From assembly GCA_016930185.1 (NCBI GenBank), contig JAFGHK010000013.1, positions 1-57,778 of the forward strand: a DNA stretch of 57,778 nucleotides, read 5' to 3'. A model generated the notes under the pieces. The model searched no databases. It was not told the DNA's origin and worked only from the letters and a program-made list of their open reading frames with translations. Made by a program: the position numbers and the translations under genes. This document shows positions 46,423 to 56,227 of the stretch, one piece after another; positions within the stretch are counted from its first letter, which is position 1, and every line of letters begins with the position of its first letter. This DNA comes from Dehalococcoidales bacterium. Its GTDB lineage: Bacteria > Chloroflexota > Dehalococcoidia > Dehalococcoidales > RBG-16-60-22.

Positions 46423-49400
46423 TTTTTTCTCCTCCTTTGTTATTTAAAGGCAGGGTAAAGCTGAAGGTGCTGCCCTCGCCATATTTACTTTCAGCCCAAA
46501 TTTTGCCTTTATGTGCGTCAATAATCTGCTTGGATATGTAGAGACCTAATCCTGTTCCGCCCCTTACCGTTTCACCCTCGGCGCGGTAAAATCTCTCGAA
46601 AAGATGGGCCATGTCTTGTTTCTTTATACCTGTGCCGCGGTCGATAACCTGGAACAACACCTCTCCGTCCTGTACCCCTACCTTAACATCAATAATCCCC
46701 CCACTTTCGCTGAACTTAATGGCGTTGCCAACCAGGTTTAGTATTACCTGTCGCATCCTGTCGTTATCCGCCTCCATTTCAGGTAATCGCTTCGGCAGGT
46801 TTTCACTTAGTATAATATTCTTCTCGCGGGCCAGGCTGTGCAGTGTCTTCAGAGAGTCGATTATAATATCGCGTATTGACACGTCCTTCTTGTAAATCCG
46901 GAACCGGCCGGACTCCAGCCGGGACATGTCCAGTAGACTGTTGATAAGATTGCCCAGATGGGATATTTCCGTATCTATTATCTGTAGAAATTCCTGCTGG
47001 GTAGCGGAGTCGGGCACCTTACCGGTCATAATCAGCTTGGTAAAACCGCTGATAGACTGCAGCGGAGTACGCAGTTCATGGGACACATTGGAAAGAAACT
47101 CAGATTTCATCTGGTCGATTTTGCGCAGTTTTTCCTCCGCTTCCTTGCGTGCCGTTATGTCCCTGATAATCGCCGTGGCAATATACCTGTTACCGGCTTT
47201 TCTGGTGGATATTGATAACTCAACTGGTACTTTAACCCCGTCCTTCCTGATTCCGTTGACTTCAAGAATACGGTTTCTTGTTTTAGTCATGCCAGTTTTG
47301 TTGAACTTAATATAACTACTGGCCATCGTGTCATGGTTCATTTCAGGAACGATTTTCATAACGGATTGTCCAAGCATTTCCTTTTCTATATACCCAAAGA
47401 TTTTTTCTGCTCCTTTGTTCCATATCGTGACTCTCATACCTTGGTCGGTGGAAATAATGGCATCGGTAGAGGTATTGATAAGTTCACGGTATTTTTCCTC
47501 GCTCTGTTTCAGATCTTCCTCGGCCTTTTTCCTTTCACTGATATCCGATACCAGTGTTATCCATCCGGTTCTCTTACCGTTAACCTCCATCGCTTGACAT
47601 TGAACATCAACCCATACATTGCCTTTAGGTGTCTGGTAAATCTGTTCTTCTTTATTAAATCCCTGCTTTGTAAGTGTGTCTAAACGTTTGTCATTTTGTC
47701 CCGGGTATTCCTCAACCAGCGTGAATGCATCGTTAGCAAGTTTGCCGATTGCATCGGATGCATTAATGCCAAACATCTGTTCGCACATCTCGTTCCATCG
47801 GGTTATTCTGTAATCTGTGTCCATTGCATATACACCTTCGTGGATTGACCTTAAAGCGATATCAGAAAATTTTAACTCTTCTTCTGCTATTTTACGTTCG
47901 GTGATATCGGAATTAACGGAAAGCATACGCGGTTCGTTGCCTATATTTATTATTTCCGCGGAAAAAAGCCAGGTGCGTAATTCTCCGGATTTCATACGGA
48001 AAAGGCATTCCTGGTCGCAGACCAGCCCTTTTTCCATTAACTCCTTCACTACGGTAGTGCGTTCTTCTGGTTCAGCCCATGTTTGAATTTCATTAGAGTT
48101 CTTTCCTATGACTTCTTCACGCGTATAACCGGAAAGACGTAAGAAGGTGTTATTTGCTTCAATTATCGTCCCGTCATCCAGGTTGGATATAACTATTGCC
48201 TCCGGGCTATTCATGAAGGCTTTAGAAAATTTTTCTTCAGATATTCTTAGGGCTTCGGCGGCCTTTTTACGTTCTGTTATGTCCCGGGCTGTAGAAAGAG
48301 CGCCGGTCACATTTCCATCCTGGTCCTTAAGCACCCGGCACCACCACGCCAGCAAACGCTTTTCTCCGTCCCGGCGTCTTTGCCAGCTTTCTACGTATGT
48401 CACACTCTCGTTGCCGCTGAATAACGATTTTACCTTATCATAAGTATCCTGTTCGCCTTCAAAATAATAAGACGCCTCTTTTCCTACAACATCATCCCCG
48501 AAGAAGTCTATTCCGGCCTTATTGACCCAGGTATATGTTTTATTGGTATCCACCTCCATAATGATGTCCGGCACGGATGCCAGGATTGCCTCCTGCCGCG
48601 AGCTTAGCTCCCGTAACGCCTCCTCCGCCCTCTTGCGTTCGGTAATATCCGTGACGATTGTCTGAACTCCGAAAATATTGTCATCGGCTTTCATTAGGTT
48701 TGTGTTAAGTTCGTATATCCTTGTCTCTCCGTCTTTTGATTTCCAGGGTATTTCCAGAGGCGGATTCTTCTTGCCATTCAATAAAGATACGAACATCTTT
48801 GTATAAATAGGGAGTTCACCGAGATTTATGTTGGGGATTTCTTTAAAATGTTTCCCGACAATTTGCTCTTCCCGATATCCAATCATATTCAGGAAAGCGA
48901 GATTACATGATGTAACTATTCCCTCTGTATTGGAGATAATAATACCTTCATGGGACAGTTCAACGATGTTGCGGTATTTTTCCTCACTGGTGCGCAGGGC
49001 TTCTTCCATTGCCTTGCGTTTGGTTATATTGTGCATGGAGACCATACGCGCTGGTCTTCCTTCCCAGGTAATGTTCACCACATACATTTCCGCTATGGTC
49101 TTTTTACCATCCGTCCGGTATACTTCTATTTCTGATGTTTTATCACCTGCCAGTGGATACTGGAATGTCTGGTTCAGCATTTCTTTAGGCTTCTGTCCGA
49201 AAAGGGACTCTACGGCTGGATTTGTGAAGAGTATGCCGCCGTTTTCACCGACTACCACCGTAGCATCGACACTGTTTTCCAGGATTTTCAGTAAATTACC
49301 ATGTAGTTTGGAAATTTCCTGTGAGTTCTGCTCCAGCTCATACTGCAGGCGCGCCCGCTCGATAGAATAATAGATAGAACGTTCAAGCTGGGCGTCATCC

Positions 49401-49735
49401 AGGCGGCCTTTAACCAGGTAGTCTTGCGCCCCGGACTGTACCGCCCTGATGCCGGTATCTTCGTCATCGAAACCGCTTAGCACCACCAGCGGTACATGCG
49501 GTATCGCCAGGAGGATTTTCGTGACCGTGTCAAGGCCGTGACTGTCCGGCAGTCCCAGGTCGGAGACAATCAGGTCAAACTCGTTCATTTCTGCTTGCTT
49601 CAGGCCGTCATCAAGCTTACGAGCTATTGACACCTGGAATCTGATATTAGCAGATTTTTCGAGTTTCCTCTTGATTAACTCCGCATCGTCAACGCTGTCT
49701 TCGATTAACAGGACGGATATTTTTTTATTCTCCAT
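46322..49735 (-). CDS. Hybrid histidine kinase: N-terminal receiver, 6 PAS, HisKA/HATPase
   Basis: LLIEDS, SDLGLP, YLVK; PAS ends; SHELRTPL, NLVGNAIKF, DRGTG, GTGLGL. Start placed at MENKK (49735). Confidence 0.93.
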   Translation of the reverse strand: MENKKISVLLIEDSVDDAELIKRKLEKSANIRFQVSIARKLDDGLKQAEMNEFDLIVSDLGLPDSHGLDTVTKILLAIPHVPLVVLSGFDDEDTGIRAVQSGAQDYLVKGRLDDAQLERSIYYSIERARLQYELEQNSQEISKLHGNLLKILENSVDATVVVGENGGILFTNPAVESLFGQKPKEMLNQTFQYPLAGDKTSEIEVYRTDGKKTIAEMYVVNITWEGRPARMVSMHNITKRKAMEEALRTSEEKYRNIVELSHEGIIISNTEGIVTSCNLAFLNMIGYREEQIVGKHFKEIPNINLGELPIYTKMFVSLLNGKKNPPLEIPWKSKDGETRIYELNTNLMKADDNIFGVQTIVTDITERKRAEEALRELSSRQEAILASVPDIIMEVDTNKTYTWVNKAGIDFFGDDVVGKEASYYFEGEQDTYDKVKSLFSGNESVTYVESWQRRRDGEKRLLAWWCRVLKDQDGNVTGALSTARDITERKKAAEALRISEEKFSKAFMNSPEAIVISNLDDGTIIEANNTFLRLSGYTREEVIGKNSNEIQTWAEPEERTTVVKELMEKGLVCDQECLFRMKSGELRTWLFSAEIINIGNEPRMLSVNSDITERKIAEEELKFSDIALRSIHEGVYAMDTDYRITRWNEMCEQMFGINASDAIGKLANDAFTLVEEYPGQNDKRLDTLTKQGFNKEEQIYQTPKGNVWVDVQCQAMEVNGKRTGWITLVSDISERKKAEEDLKQSEEKYRELINTSTDAIISTDQGMRVTIWNKGAEKIFGYIEKEMLGQSVMKIVPEMNHDTMASSYIKFNKTGMTKTRNRILEVNGIRKDGVKVPVELSISTRKAGNRYIATAIIRDITARKEAEEKLRKIDQMKSEFLSNVSHELRTPLQSISGFTKLIMTGKVPDSATQQEFLQIIDTEISHLGNLINSLLDMSRLESGRFRIYKKDVSIRDIIIDSLKTLHSLAREKNIILSENLPKRLPEMEADNDRMRQVILNLVGNAIKFSESGGIIDVKVGVQDGEVLFQVIDRGTGIKKQDMAHLFERFYRAEGETVRGGTGLGLYISKQIIDAHKGKIWAESKYGEGSTFSFTLPLNNKGGEKNGKENSDNRRRSGNSKTGRLLTKAGRLPGNHSL

Positions 49736-49778
49736 ATTGCCCACCTTTATCGGTACTGGTTTGGGGAAAATCGGTTGA

Positions 49779-50237
49779 TTAGTGGCCGTCAGGCGGCGGT
49801 TCATTTATCAGCAGCCAGTAAAGCCCGATATTTCTTACCGCATCAACGAATTCATTGAAATTGATCGGCTTTCTAACGTAACTGTTGGCCCCGAACTTGT
49901 AGCCGCTTATCAGGTCCTGCTCCTCTCTTGAGGAGGTAAGGATTACCACGGGTACCAGCTTGGTGCTATCCTCGGCGCGCAGAGCCTCAAGGACTTGCAG
50001 GCCGTCCATTTTGGGTAATTTCAAATCGAGCAGAATCAGTCGCGGGATATCGCTAATATCCCTCTCGGAGAATGCGCCGCGGCAAAACAGATAGTCCAGT
50101 GCCTCGACGCCGTCGCGGGCGACCATAAGGTTATTGGCAATGTTGTTTTTACGGAACGCTCGCATTGTTAGTTCGATGTCATCAGGATTGTCTTCAACTA
50201 GTAAGATTGTTTCATCCATTTCAATAGCCATATCCAT
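49779..50237 (-). CDS. Rcp1-type single-domain response regulator
   Basis: LLVEDNPDD, LLDLKLP, LTSSREE, GANSYVRKP, YWLLINEPP. Confidence 0.93.
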   Translation of the reverse strand: MDMAIEMDETILLVEDNPDDIELTMRAFRKNNIANNLMVARDGVEALDYLFCRGAFSERDISDIPRLILLDLKLPKMDGLQVLEALRAEDSTKLVPVVILTSSREEQDLISGYKFGANSYVRKPINFNEFVDAVRNIGLYWLLINEPPPDGH

Positions 50238-50242
50238 ACTCC

Positions 50243-53200
50243 TTAATTAAGTGTGAAATAGAAACTAGCCCCTTTGTCCGTGGCGCCCTCGGCGCGGATG
50301 TTTCCGCCGTGCCGGTTTATAATTCTCTGCACTGTGGCCAGACCAATACCGGTGCCGGGGAATTCAGCCGTATCATGCAGGCGCTGGAAGGCGCCGAATA
50401 GTTTATCCTTAAAAGCCATATCGAAGCCGGCGCCGTTATCTTTTACAAAGAAGGTTTTTGCTCCATTTTCTGTGATGCTGCCGAACTCTATCCTGGACTG
50501 CTGGGTATTTTTCGTAAATTTCCAGGCATTTCCGAGTAGATTTTCCAGCAGCACTCGCAGCATTTGCGGGTCGCCGGTCGCTGACAGGTTATTGCCGATG
50601 ATAAATTCTACATCGCGTTTATCGTGTGTTTCCCGCAGCCTGTTAGCTATCTCGTTAGCCAGTGAACTTAAATCAACTTTTTCATGGTGCATTTCACTTC
50701 TGGTCAAACGGGACAGCTTAAGCAGACCATCAATGAGTTCGCCCATCTTTTGGCTGGCGTTGCGCAGCCGGTTAAGATAGTCCTGTGCCTTTTCATCGAG
50801 ACTGCCTGTATAGTCTTCCAGCAGTGCCTGGCTGAAGCCATCGATACTCCTCAACGGCGACCGCAGGTCATGAGACACAGAATAGCTGAAACTCTCCAGT
50901 TCTTTGTTGGTAGCTTTCAATAGCGCGCTGTTTTGCTCCAGGTCATCCATAGCCTGTTGCAGTTTATTTTCAGCTTGTTTACGCTTGGTAATATCGTTTC
51001 CTATAATCAGGAGGCAGGGTTCCCCGCCTATTTCAATGGTGTCGGCGGAAAACAGGAAGGTCAATATATTTTTTGATTTAGGCGCTTTAAACTCAATTTC
51101 TACATTGGTAAACCGGCCTTGCTCTTCGAGTATCTCACGTAGCTTGTTGCGTTCGTCTCCCGGTTTGATTAACTGTATTTCTGTGCCGGTACGGCCGATA
51201 ACCTCTTCACGTGTGAGATTGTTGAGTTTAAGGAAGCTATCGTTAACATCAAGGAACCTTCCTTCTTTAAGCGTAGAAATTGATAGAGTTTCAGGGATTG
51301 CATGGAAGGCCTTGGAGAATTTCTCCTCCGATTCTTTTAGCGCCTGCTCCATCATCTTCCGCTCGGTGATATCATTGGCAATGCATAACATGCACGGTTC
51401 ACCGCCGATATTGATAGTATCGGCAGACATCAGTACTGTACGTATCTCGCCGGTTTTTGTTTTTATTTCACATTCTATATTCTCTGCGTGACCCTGTTTT
51501 TTTACCGTATTTACCATTTGGTCACGCTCACTTGAGTTTACCCAGTTATCCAAAATGTCGCCGGACCGGCCGATTACTTCGTCCTTTGAATATCCGTTGA
51601 GTTTAAGAAAGCTGTCATTAACTTCGATGAATGCACCGTCTTTCAGTCTGGCGATAGAAACTGCCTCCGGCATAGCCTGGAAAGCTGTGGAGAATTTTTG
51701 CTCTGATTCTCGCAGGGCTTGCTCGATTTTCTTGCGTTCGGTAATGTCGTTGCCGACTACCAAAAGGCAGGGTTTACCCCCGAAATTAATCACATCGCCT
51801 GACATCAATAGGGTTAGTGTTTTCCCTGATTTCGTCTGGATTAAAAACTCCTCATTAGCAAAATGAGTACGTTTTTCTCTTAGCTGTTTCATACGGTAAT
51901 CGTCATCAGGGTTAACCCAATGAACTACTTCTCTGGTATGATGACCAATTATCTCTTCCCGGGAATATCCGCTGAAAGAGATAAAGCTATCATTTACTTC
52001 AAGGAATACATCGTCCTCCATTGAAGAAATAGAGATGGCTTCTGGGATTGCCTGGAAAGCTTTAGAAATCTTCTCCTCCGACTCTTTGAGTTCCTGTTCA
52101 ATCCTTTTACGTTCGATAGCGACGGCGGCAATTCTGGCAGACCATTCCAGTACCCTGATGTTATCGTCGTTCGGTTTACCGGTATGGTCGCTATAGTTGG
52201 CAATCGTTCCGAGCAATTCACCGTTGGATGAGATGATGGGTTCGGACCAGACGGCCAGCAAGTGATTTTTAGACATCAATTCAATTGCTTCCTTAAAAGG
52301 TTTGAAAAGCGGACTCTTTTTAATATCAGGAATAATTACCCGCTTCTTGCGGTACGCCGCGGTCCCGCAGGAGCCGGCTACCTGGCCTGCAGGTATCCCG
52401 GCTCTCATAGAAGCATTGTATTCCTTTGATAAGCTGGGGCCGGAGCCTGAAAGCCAGTTCTTTGATGCATCATAGAGCATGATAGAGCCTTTAATAGAAG
52501 GGTCGTTTTGCTCGCACAGCCTGATAATGGCATCAAGTATTTCGTTTAGTTCCGCACCCTGACTTATAAGCATGAGTATATGATTTTCGCCTTTTTGCAG
52601 GTTTTCCCTTCTCTTCCGGTCGGTAATATCCGTAGAAACAGAAAGCCAGCACTTTTCACCGCTGATAGTTATTGGCTCGATTGTAATAAGCTGGGTGTGT
52701 TTCTGCCTTTTTTTATTTATAAATTCAAATTCCTCGTTGGTAATGCGCCCATAATTTTTTAATTTTTGCTGTAATTTTTTGTTATCTTCTGGAGTTGTCC
52801 AGACCCCGAGTTCCTGGGAGGTTTTTCCGACCGTTTCTTCACGTGTATAACCGGTTGCCTTGGTATAGGTATCGTTTACCTCGAGGGTTACATCATCCCT
52901 GTCCCTGGTGATGATTATTTGCTGTGGTGTGGCATGGAAGGCCTTGGAGAACTTCTCCTCCGATTCCCGGATGGCCTGTTCCATCTTCTTGCGTTCCGTA
53001 ATATCGCGGCAGACGCAAAAGATGAGTTTCTGTCCGGCGAATTTGGCGCCGTTGGTGCTGACTTCAACATCAAAAATAGTTCCGTCTTTACGGAGGTTCT
53101 GCGTCTCGAAGTGTTCGCCTTTCTCATCAGTGGTTCGAATCAACTCAAGTAGCGGCTCGCGTGGAGCCGGAGGCGACCAGTCGAAAACATCCAGTTTACG

Positions 53201-54589
53201 TACTTCTTCCAGAGAGTATCCGAGCATGTCAGCAAAGCGCTGGTTAGCGTCATATACTTTGCCGTCCTGGTCGAGGATTACAATCCCGTCGCTTGATTGT
53301 TCGATAAGTATTTTCCGCCGGGTTGCCTCGTCCATTAGGGCTTGTTCGGCTTTTTTGCGGTCGGTAATGTCCCGGATAATTACCATCACTGCCGGGCGGC
53401 CTTCATATGTAATCATACAGGCACTAATATCGGTGTTAATGCGTTTTCCATCATGCCCGATAATGGTTGTTTCATAATCCGCGGGAACATCTTCACCCTT
53501 CATCCTCTTCATGTGGATGTTCATTAATTTTTGTTTTTCTTCCGGAGCTGTAAAATCTACAAATTTACGTCCAACGGCTTCTTCAACAGTGAAGCCGGTC
53601 ATCTCGGCCATTTTTGTATTGACAAATCTTAATATCCCTTTCTCGATTATAATAATGCCATCGTTGCTTCTTTCTACCAGGGATGAATATTTTTCCTCAG
53701 ACTGGCGTAAAGCCTCTTCCGCACGCTTACGTTCGGTAATATCGGCGCCAATAGTTAAAATGCATGGCTGACCGCCGAAGCTGATTTTATCAGCTGATAG
53801 CAAAATTGTGCGCAGTTCACCCGTTTTTCTCCTTAAGGTGAACTCTTCATTATCAAAATGACCGTATTTTTCCATCAGTTGCTTAATACGATAGCGGTCC
53901 CCGGGTTTTACCCAGAGACTGAGCTCTTTGCCTGTATGGCCGATTACCTCATCACGGGAATATCCATTATGAATTAGGAAGCTATCATTTACTTCCAGGA
54001 ATACACCATCTTTTAATGTGGCAACGGAAACGGCCTCGGGAATTGAACGGAAAGCTTTAGAGATTTTCTCCTCTGATTCTTTTAAGGCACTCTCCATTTT
54101 CAAGCGTTCCGAAACATCGCGGAATATACCCTGGATAACTGTTCTATCCCCCATAGTAATCAAGCTGGTGGATATATCTACAGGTATCCTCTTACCGTCG
54201 GCTCTCTGTACTATCATGTACTCGTTGGTGACAATCTCTTTTCGGACATGGTCTTTAAAAACCTTCTTGTAATCTTCTACCAGTTCTGGGGGGTGGAGTT
54301 CCGATTGATGCATACCTATTATTTTTTTCTTGGGCAGGCCGAGTAGTTTGCTTCCGGCTGCGTTTACATCCGTAATTATCCCGGTTTTGGTATCGGCCAG
54401 GAAAATGGCGTCTTTTGCATACTCAAACAGGTTCTTATATTTTTCCTCTGATTCCAGCAGCGCCTTTTCCGCCTGCTTATACCGGCTTGATTTACTGCCG
54501 TTACCATGTTTCTGTACACTTCTGGTAGTTGTTAAGCTAGCGCCTGAAACGCTTTTCCTTGGTTTTATTCCCTGTATTTTCTTGTCCAT
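50243..54589 (-). CDS. Soluble multi-sensor histidine kinase: 8 PAS + 1 GAF, Cph1-class kinase core
   Basis: ESFSYSVSHDLRSPL, NAWKFT, DNGAGF, FQRLH, GTGIGL; repeated EEKFSKAF...DITERK units. Confidence 0.94.
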   Translation of the reverse strand: MDKKIQGIKPRKSVSGASLTTTRSVQKHGNGSKSSRYKQAEKALLESEEKYKNLFEYAKDAIFLADTKTGIITDVNAAGSKLLGLPKKKIIGMHQSELHPPELVEDYKKVFKDHVRKEIVTNEYMIVQRADGKRIPVDISTSLITMGDRTVIQGIFRDVSERLKMESALKESEEKISKAFRSIPEAVSVATLKDGVFLEVNDSFLIHNGYSRDEVIGHTGKELSLWVKPGDRYRIKQLMEKYGHFDNEEFTLRRKTGELRTILLSADKISFGGQPCILTIGADITERKRAEEALRQSEEKYSSLVERSNDGIIIIEKGILRFVNTKMAEMTGFTVEEAVGRKFVDFTAPEEKQKLMNIHMKRMKGEDVPADYETTIIGHDGKRINTDISACMITYEGRPAVMVIIRDITDRKKAEQALMDEATRRKILIEQSSDGIVILDQDGKVYDANQRFADMLGYSLEEVRKLDVFDWSPPAPREPLLELIRTTDEKGEHFETQNLRKDGTIFDVEVSTNGAKFAGQKLIFCVCRDITERKKMEQAIRESEEKFSKAFHATPQQIIITRDRDDVTLEVNDTYTKATGYTREETVGKTSQELGVWTTPEDNKKLQQKLKNYGRITNEEFEFINKKRQKHTQLITIEPITISGEKCWLSVSTDITDRKRRENLQKGENHILMLISQGAELNEILDAIIRLCEQNDPSIKGSIMLYDASKNWLSGSGPSLSKEYNASMRAGIPAGQVAGSCGTAAYRKKRVIIPDIKKSPLFKPFKEAIELMSKNHLLAVWSEPIISSNGELLGTIANYSDHTGKPNDDNIRVLEWSARIAAVAIERKRIEQELKESEEKISKAFQAIPEAISISSMEDDVFLEVNDSFISFSGYSREEIIGHHTREVVHWVNPDDDYRMKQLREKRTHFANEEFLIQTKSGKTLTLLMSGDVINFGGKPCLLVVGNDITERKKIEQALRESEQKFSTAFQAMPEAVSIARLKDGAFIEVNDSFLKLNGYSKDEVIGRSGDILDNWVNSSERDQMVNTVKKQGHAENIECEIKTKTGEIRTVLMSADTINIGGEPCMLCIANDITERKMMEQALKESEEKFSKAFHAIPETLSISTLKEGRFLDVNDSFLKLNNLTREEVIGRTGTEIQLIKPGDERNKLREILEEQGRFTNVEIEFKAPKSKNILTFLFSADTIEIGGEPCLLIIGNDITKRKQAENKLQQAMDDLEQNSALLKATNKELESFSYSVSHDLRSPLRSIDGFSQALLEDYTGSLDEKAQDYLNRLRNASQKMGELIDGLLKLSRLTRSEMHHEKVDLSSLANEIANRLRETHDKRDVEFIIGNNLSATGDPQMLRVLLENLLGNAWKFTKNTQQSRIEFGSITENGAKTFFVKDNGAGFDMAFKDKLFGAFQRLHDTAEFPGTGIGLATVQRIINRHGGNIRAEGATDKGASFYFTLN

Positions 54590-54696
54590 GATTATTCACT
54601 CGGCTCCTGATATATTTTTTGCCACTCCCCGGAAAAATATAGTGACACATTCTATAATGGTTTATAACGCTTCATTCAATGTAGATACCCGGCCGT

Positions 54697-55059
54697 CTAG
54701 TAACCGTCATAGGTCTGAGTTACCAGCCCGGTGTTGTCGCAGGAATACAAACCCTGGGTGTTCGCTGTCCTCAAGTAGGTTGGAAATAATGCGTGGCCTG
54801 TCGGGAAAGAGGACATGTTGCTGCTCGGCCCTGAAGGCGTAACCGTGGTAATGTGGTTTTTAGCCATCATCGTGTCCATAGCTGTCTGGATGGTCACCAG
54901 TTCTGCCTTGGCAGCTTCAATCTGCCCTTCGTCTGCCAGTCCGATTACGTTAGGCAGGACGACTGCGGCCAGCACTCCCAGTATCGCCACTACGATGAGT
55001 AGCTCCACCAGGGTAAAGCCGCGGTCCATGTGATGGAATTTCTTAAAAAACCTATTCAT
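54697..55059 (-). CDS. pilA: Type IV pilin, probable major pilin
   Basis: DRG|FTLVELLIVVAILGVLAAVVLP; AGGAGG RBS. Confidence 0.88.
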   Translation of the reverse strand: MNRFFKKFHHMDRGFTLVELLIVVAILGVLAAVVLPNVIGLADEGQIEAAKAELVTIQTAMDTMMAKNHITTVTPSGPSSNMSSFPTGHALFPTYLRTANTQGLYSCDNTGLVTQTYDGY

Positions 55060-55228
55060 CTTTAAACCTCCTGATATTTTTTGATTTTTATTTTTTTTTG
55101 CTGTCCATCATGCTCTTTATATAAATAATGTAAGTTAGATTACTTCTTTAGGGGACCATTTAACCGGGTTTCTCTCTCCCTTGATAGCTTGCTGAAAAAC
55201 CGGACATGCCCTTGCTTTCTTGCTCCAG

Positions 55229-55447
55229 TTATTCATGAGGATTGTTTCCGTCTGGCATCCCGTATTTGTTCAGAAAATCGGTTAAGTCCTCTCTGCCTAT
55301 CCGGTAATGACCGCCGGGAAGGCGGAACGCAGGCAGTTGTCCGGCGCTGATCCATCGCAGGACGGTAGTATTGCTCACACCGCAGTGTTTGGCAATAAAA
55401 CCCACTGATATGTACTCTTGGCTTTGTTGTTCGGTCGTTCTTAGCAA
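55229..55447 (-). CDS. BldC-like / HTH_17 (MerR-superfamily) DNA-binding protein
   Basis: IAKHCGVSNTTVLRWISAGQLPAFRLPGGHYRI; likely TTG start at 55447 after AGGAGG. Confidence 0.85.
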   Translation of the reverse strand: MLRTTEQQSQEYISVGFIAKHCGVSNTTVLRWISAGQLPAFRLPGGHYRIGREDLTDFLNKYGMPDGNNPHE

Positions 55448-55544
55448 GGTAACCTCCTGTTTCGTGTCATTCCGCATAACCACGTTTTTCCAGACAATCG
55501 GTAATCCTAATAAATTTGGTGTTTGCAGTGCTTGTTATATTTGA

Positions 55545-55610
55545 AGTATAAAAAGGGGCCGTCACAACCAGGTCACAACGATAATCTAAAAATTCACAAA
55601 TAAATCACAA
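55545..55610 (-). promoter_or_regulatory. Four-box regulated promoter, copy 3 (all boxes perfect)
   Basis: TCACAA at 55562, 55573, 55594, 55605; -10 TATACT (55550-55545). Confidence 0.85.
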
Positions 55611-55726
55611 GAGATGTGATTATAAATATACAAGCTACTGATATCTGCAGATTTTTCCATGAAATGTGTGATGAGTGGATTCTCTTTCGTGTGGGAACAG
55701 GTCTGCCCGTAAGTGTTACTCTTGTG

Positions 55727-55939
55727 TTATTTATGACCATTGCCCAGGGGGATTTTGTGTCTCTCTGCGAAAGCAAAGAACTCGTCCCGGTGTATACGGT
55801 TCTGTCCGCTTGGAAGCCGGAAGGCGACCAGGTTGCCTTTTTCTATCCATCTCAATACGGTTACCTTACTCACGCCGCAGTGCCGGGCTACGGCTCCGGT
55901 TGTCAGGTACTGGGGGTAGTAATTCTCAATCTTGTTCAT
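55727..55939 (-). CDS. BldC-like / HTH_17 DNA-binding protein (paralog)
   Basis: LTTGAVARHCGVSKVTVLRWIEKGNLVAFRLPSGQNRI; AAGGAGG RBS before ATG 55939. Confidence 0.87.
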   Translation of the reverse strand: MNKIENYYPQYLTTGAVARHCGVSKVTVLRWIEKGNLVAFRLPSGQNRIHRDEFFAFAERHKIPLGNGHK

Positions 55940-56073
55940 CGATTTTTCCCTCCTTGCGGTCAACGGTATTTAGCTGTCGTTGTTTGATTCTGGCGGATTA
56001 TTGTGAATATCAAAGTTATGTTGTTTCTAACGCTCTTCACACCGTTTACCGATTTTACGATAGTTCTATTATT

Positions 56074-56139
56074 ACTTTAGTAGCCCAAGTTAACCGTTCA
56101 ATCACAAACAACGATGTTGCCATAACAAAAAAATCACAA
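56074..56139 (-). promoter_or_regulatory. Four-box regulated promoter, copy 4
   Basis: Boxes TAACCG 56091, TCACAA 56102, TAACAA 56123, TCACAA 56134; -10 TAAAGT (56079-56074). Confidence 0.75.
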
Positions 56140-56227
56140 TAAGGGGGTTTGAGAAATGGATAATAACTGGTTGTGATGTGTTTAAAAAGGCAGGGGGGAT
56201 GATTTGGTGGTTGAGGGTTTAAGGATA

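Noticed and set aside
50243-54589. Bacteriophytochrome or light sensor
   Set aside because: Kinase core is Cph1-class but there is no PAS-GAF-PHY module, DIP motif or LOV cysteine motif
54697-55059. Pilin as an electrically conductive e-pilin
   Set aside because: Only about 7 F/Y in 106 mature residues, and a gap of more than 50 residues without aromatics after Phe1
55229-55939. HTH_17 pair as prophage or ICE excisionases
   Set aside because: No integrase, att repeat or phage genes nearby; both share promoter architecture with pilus-locus genes
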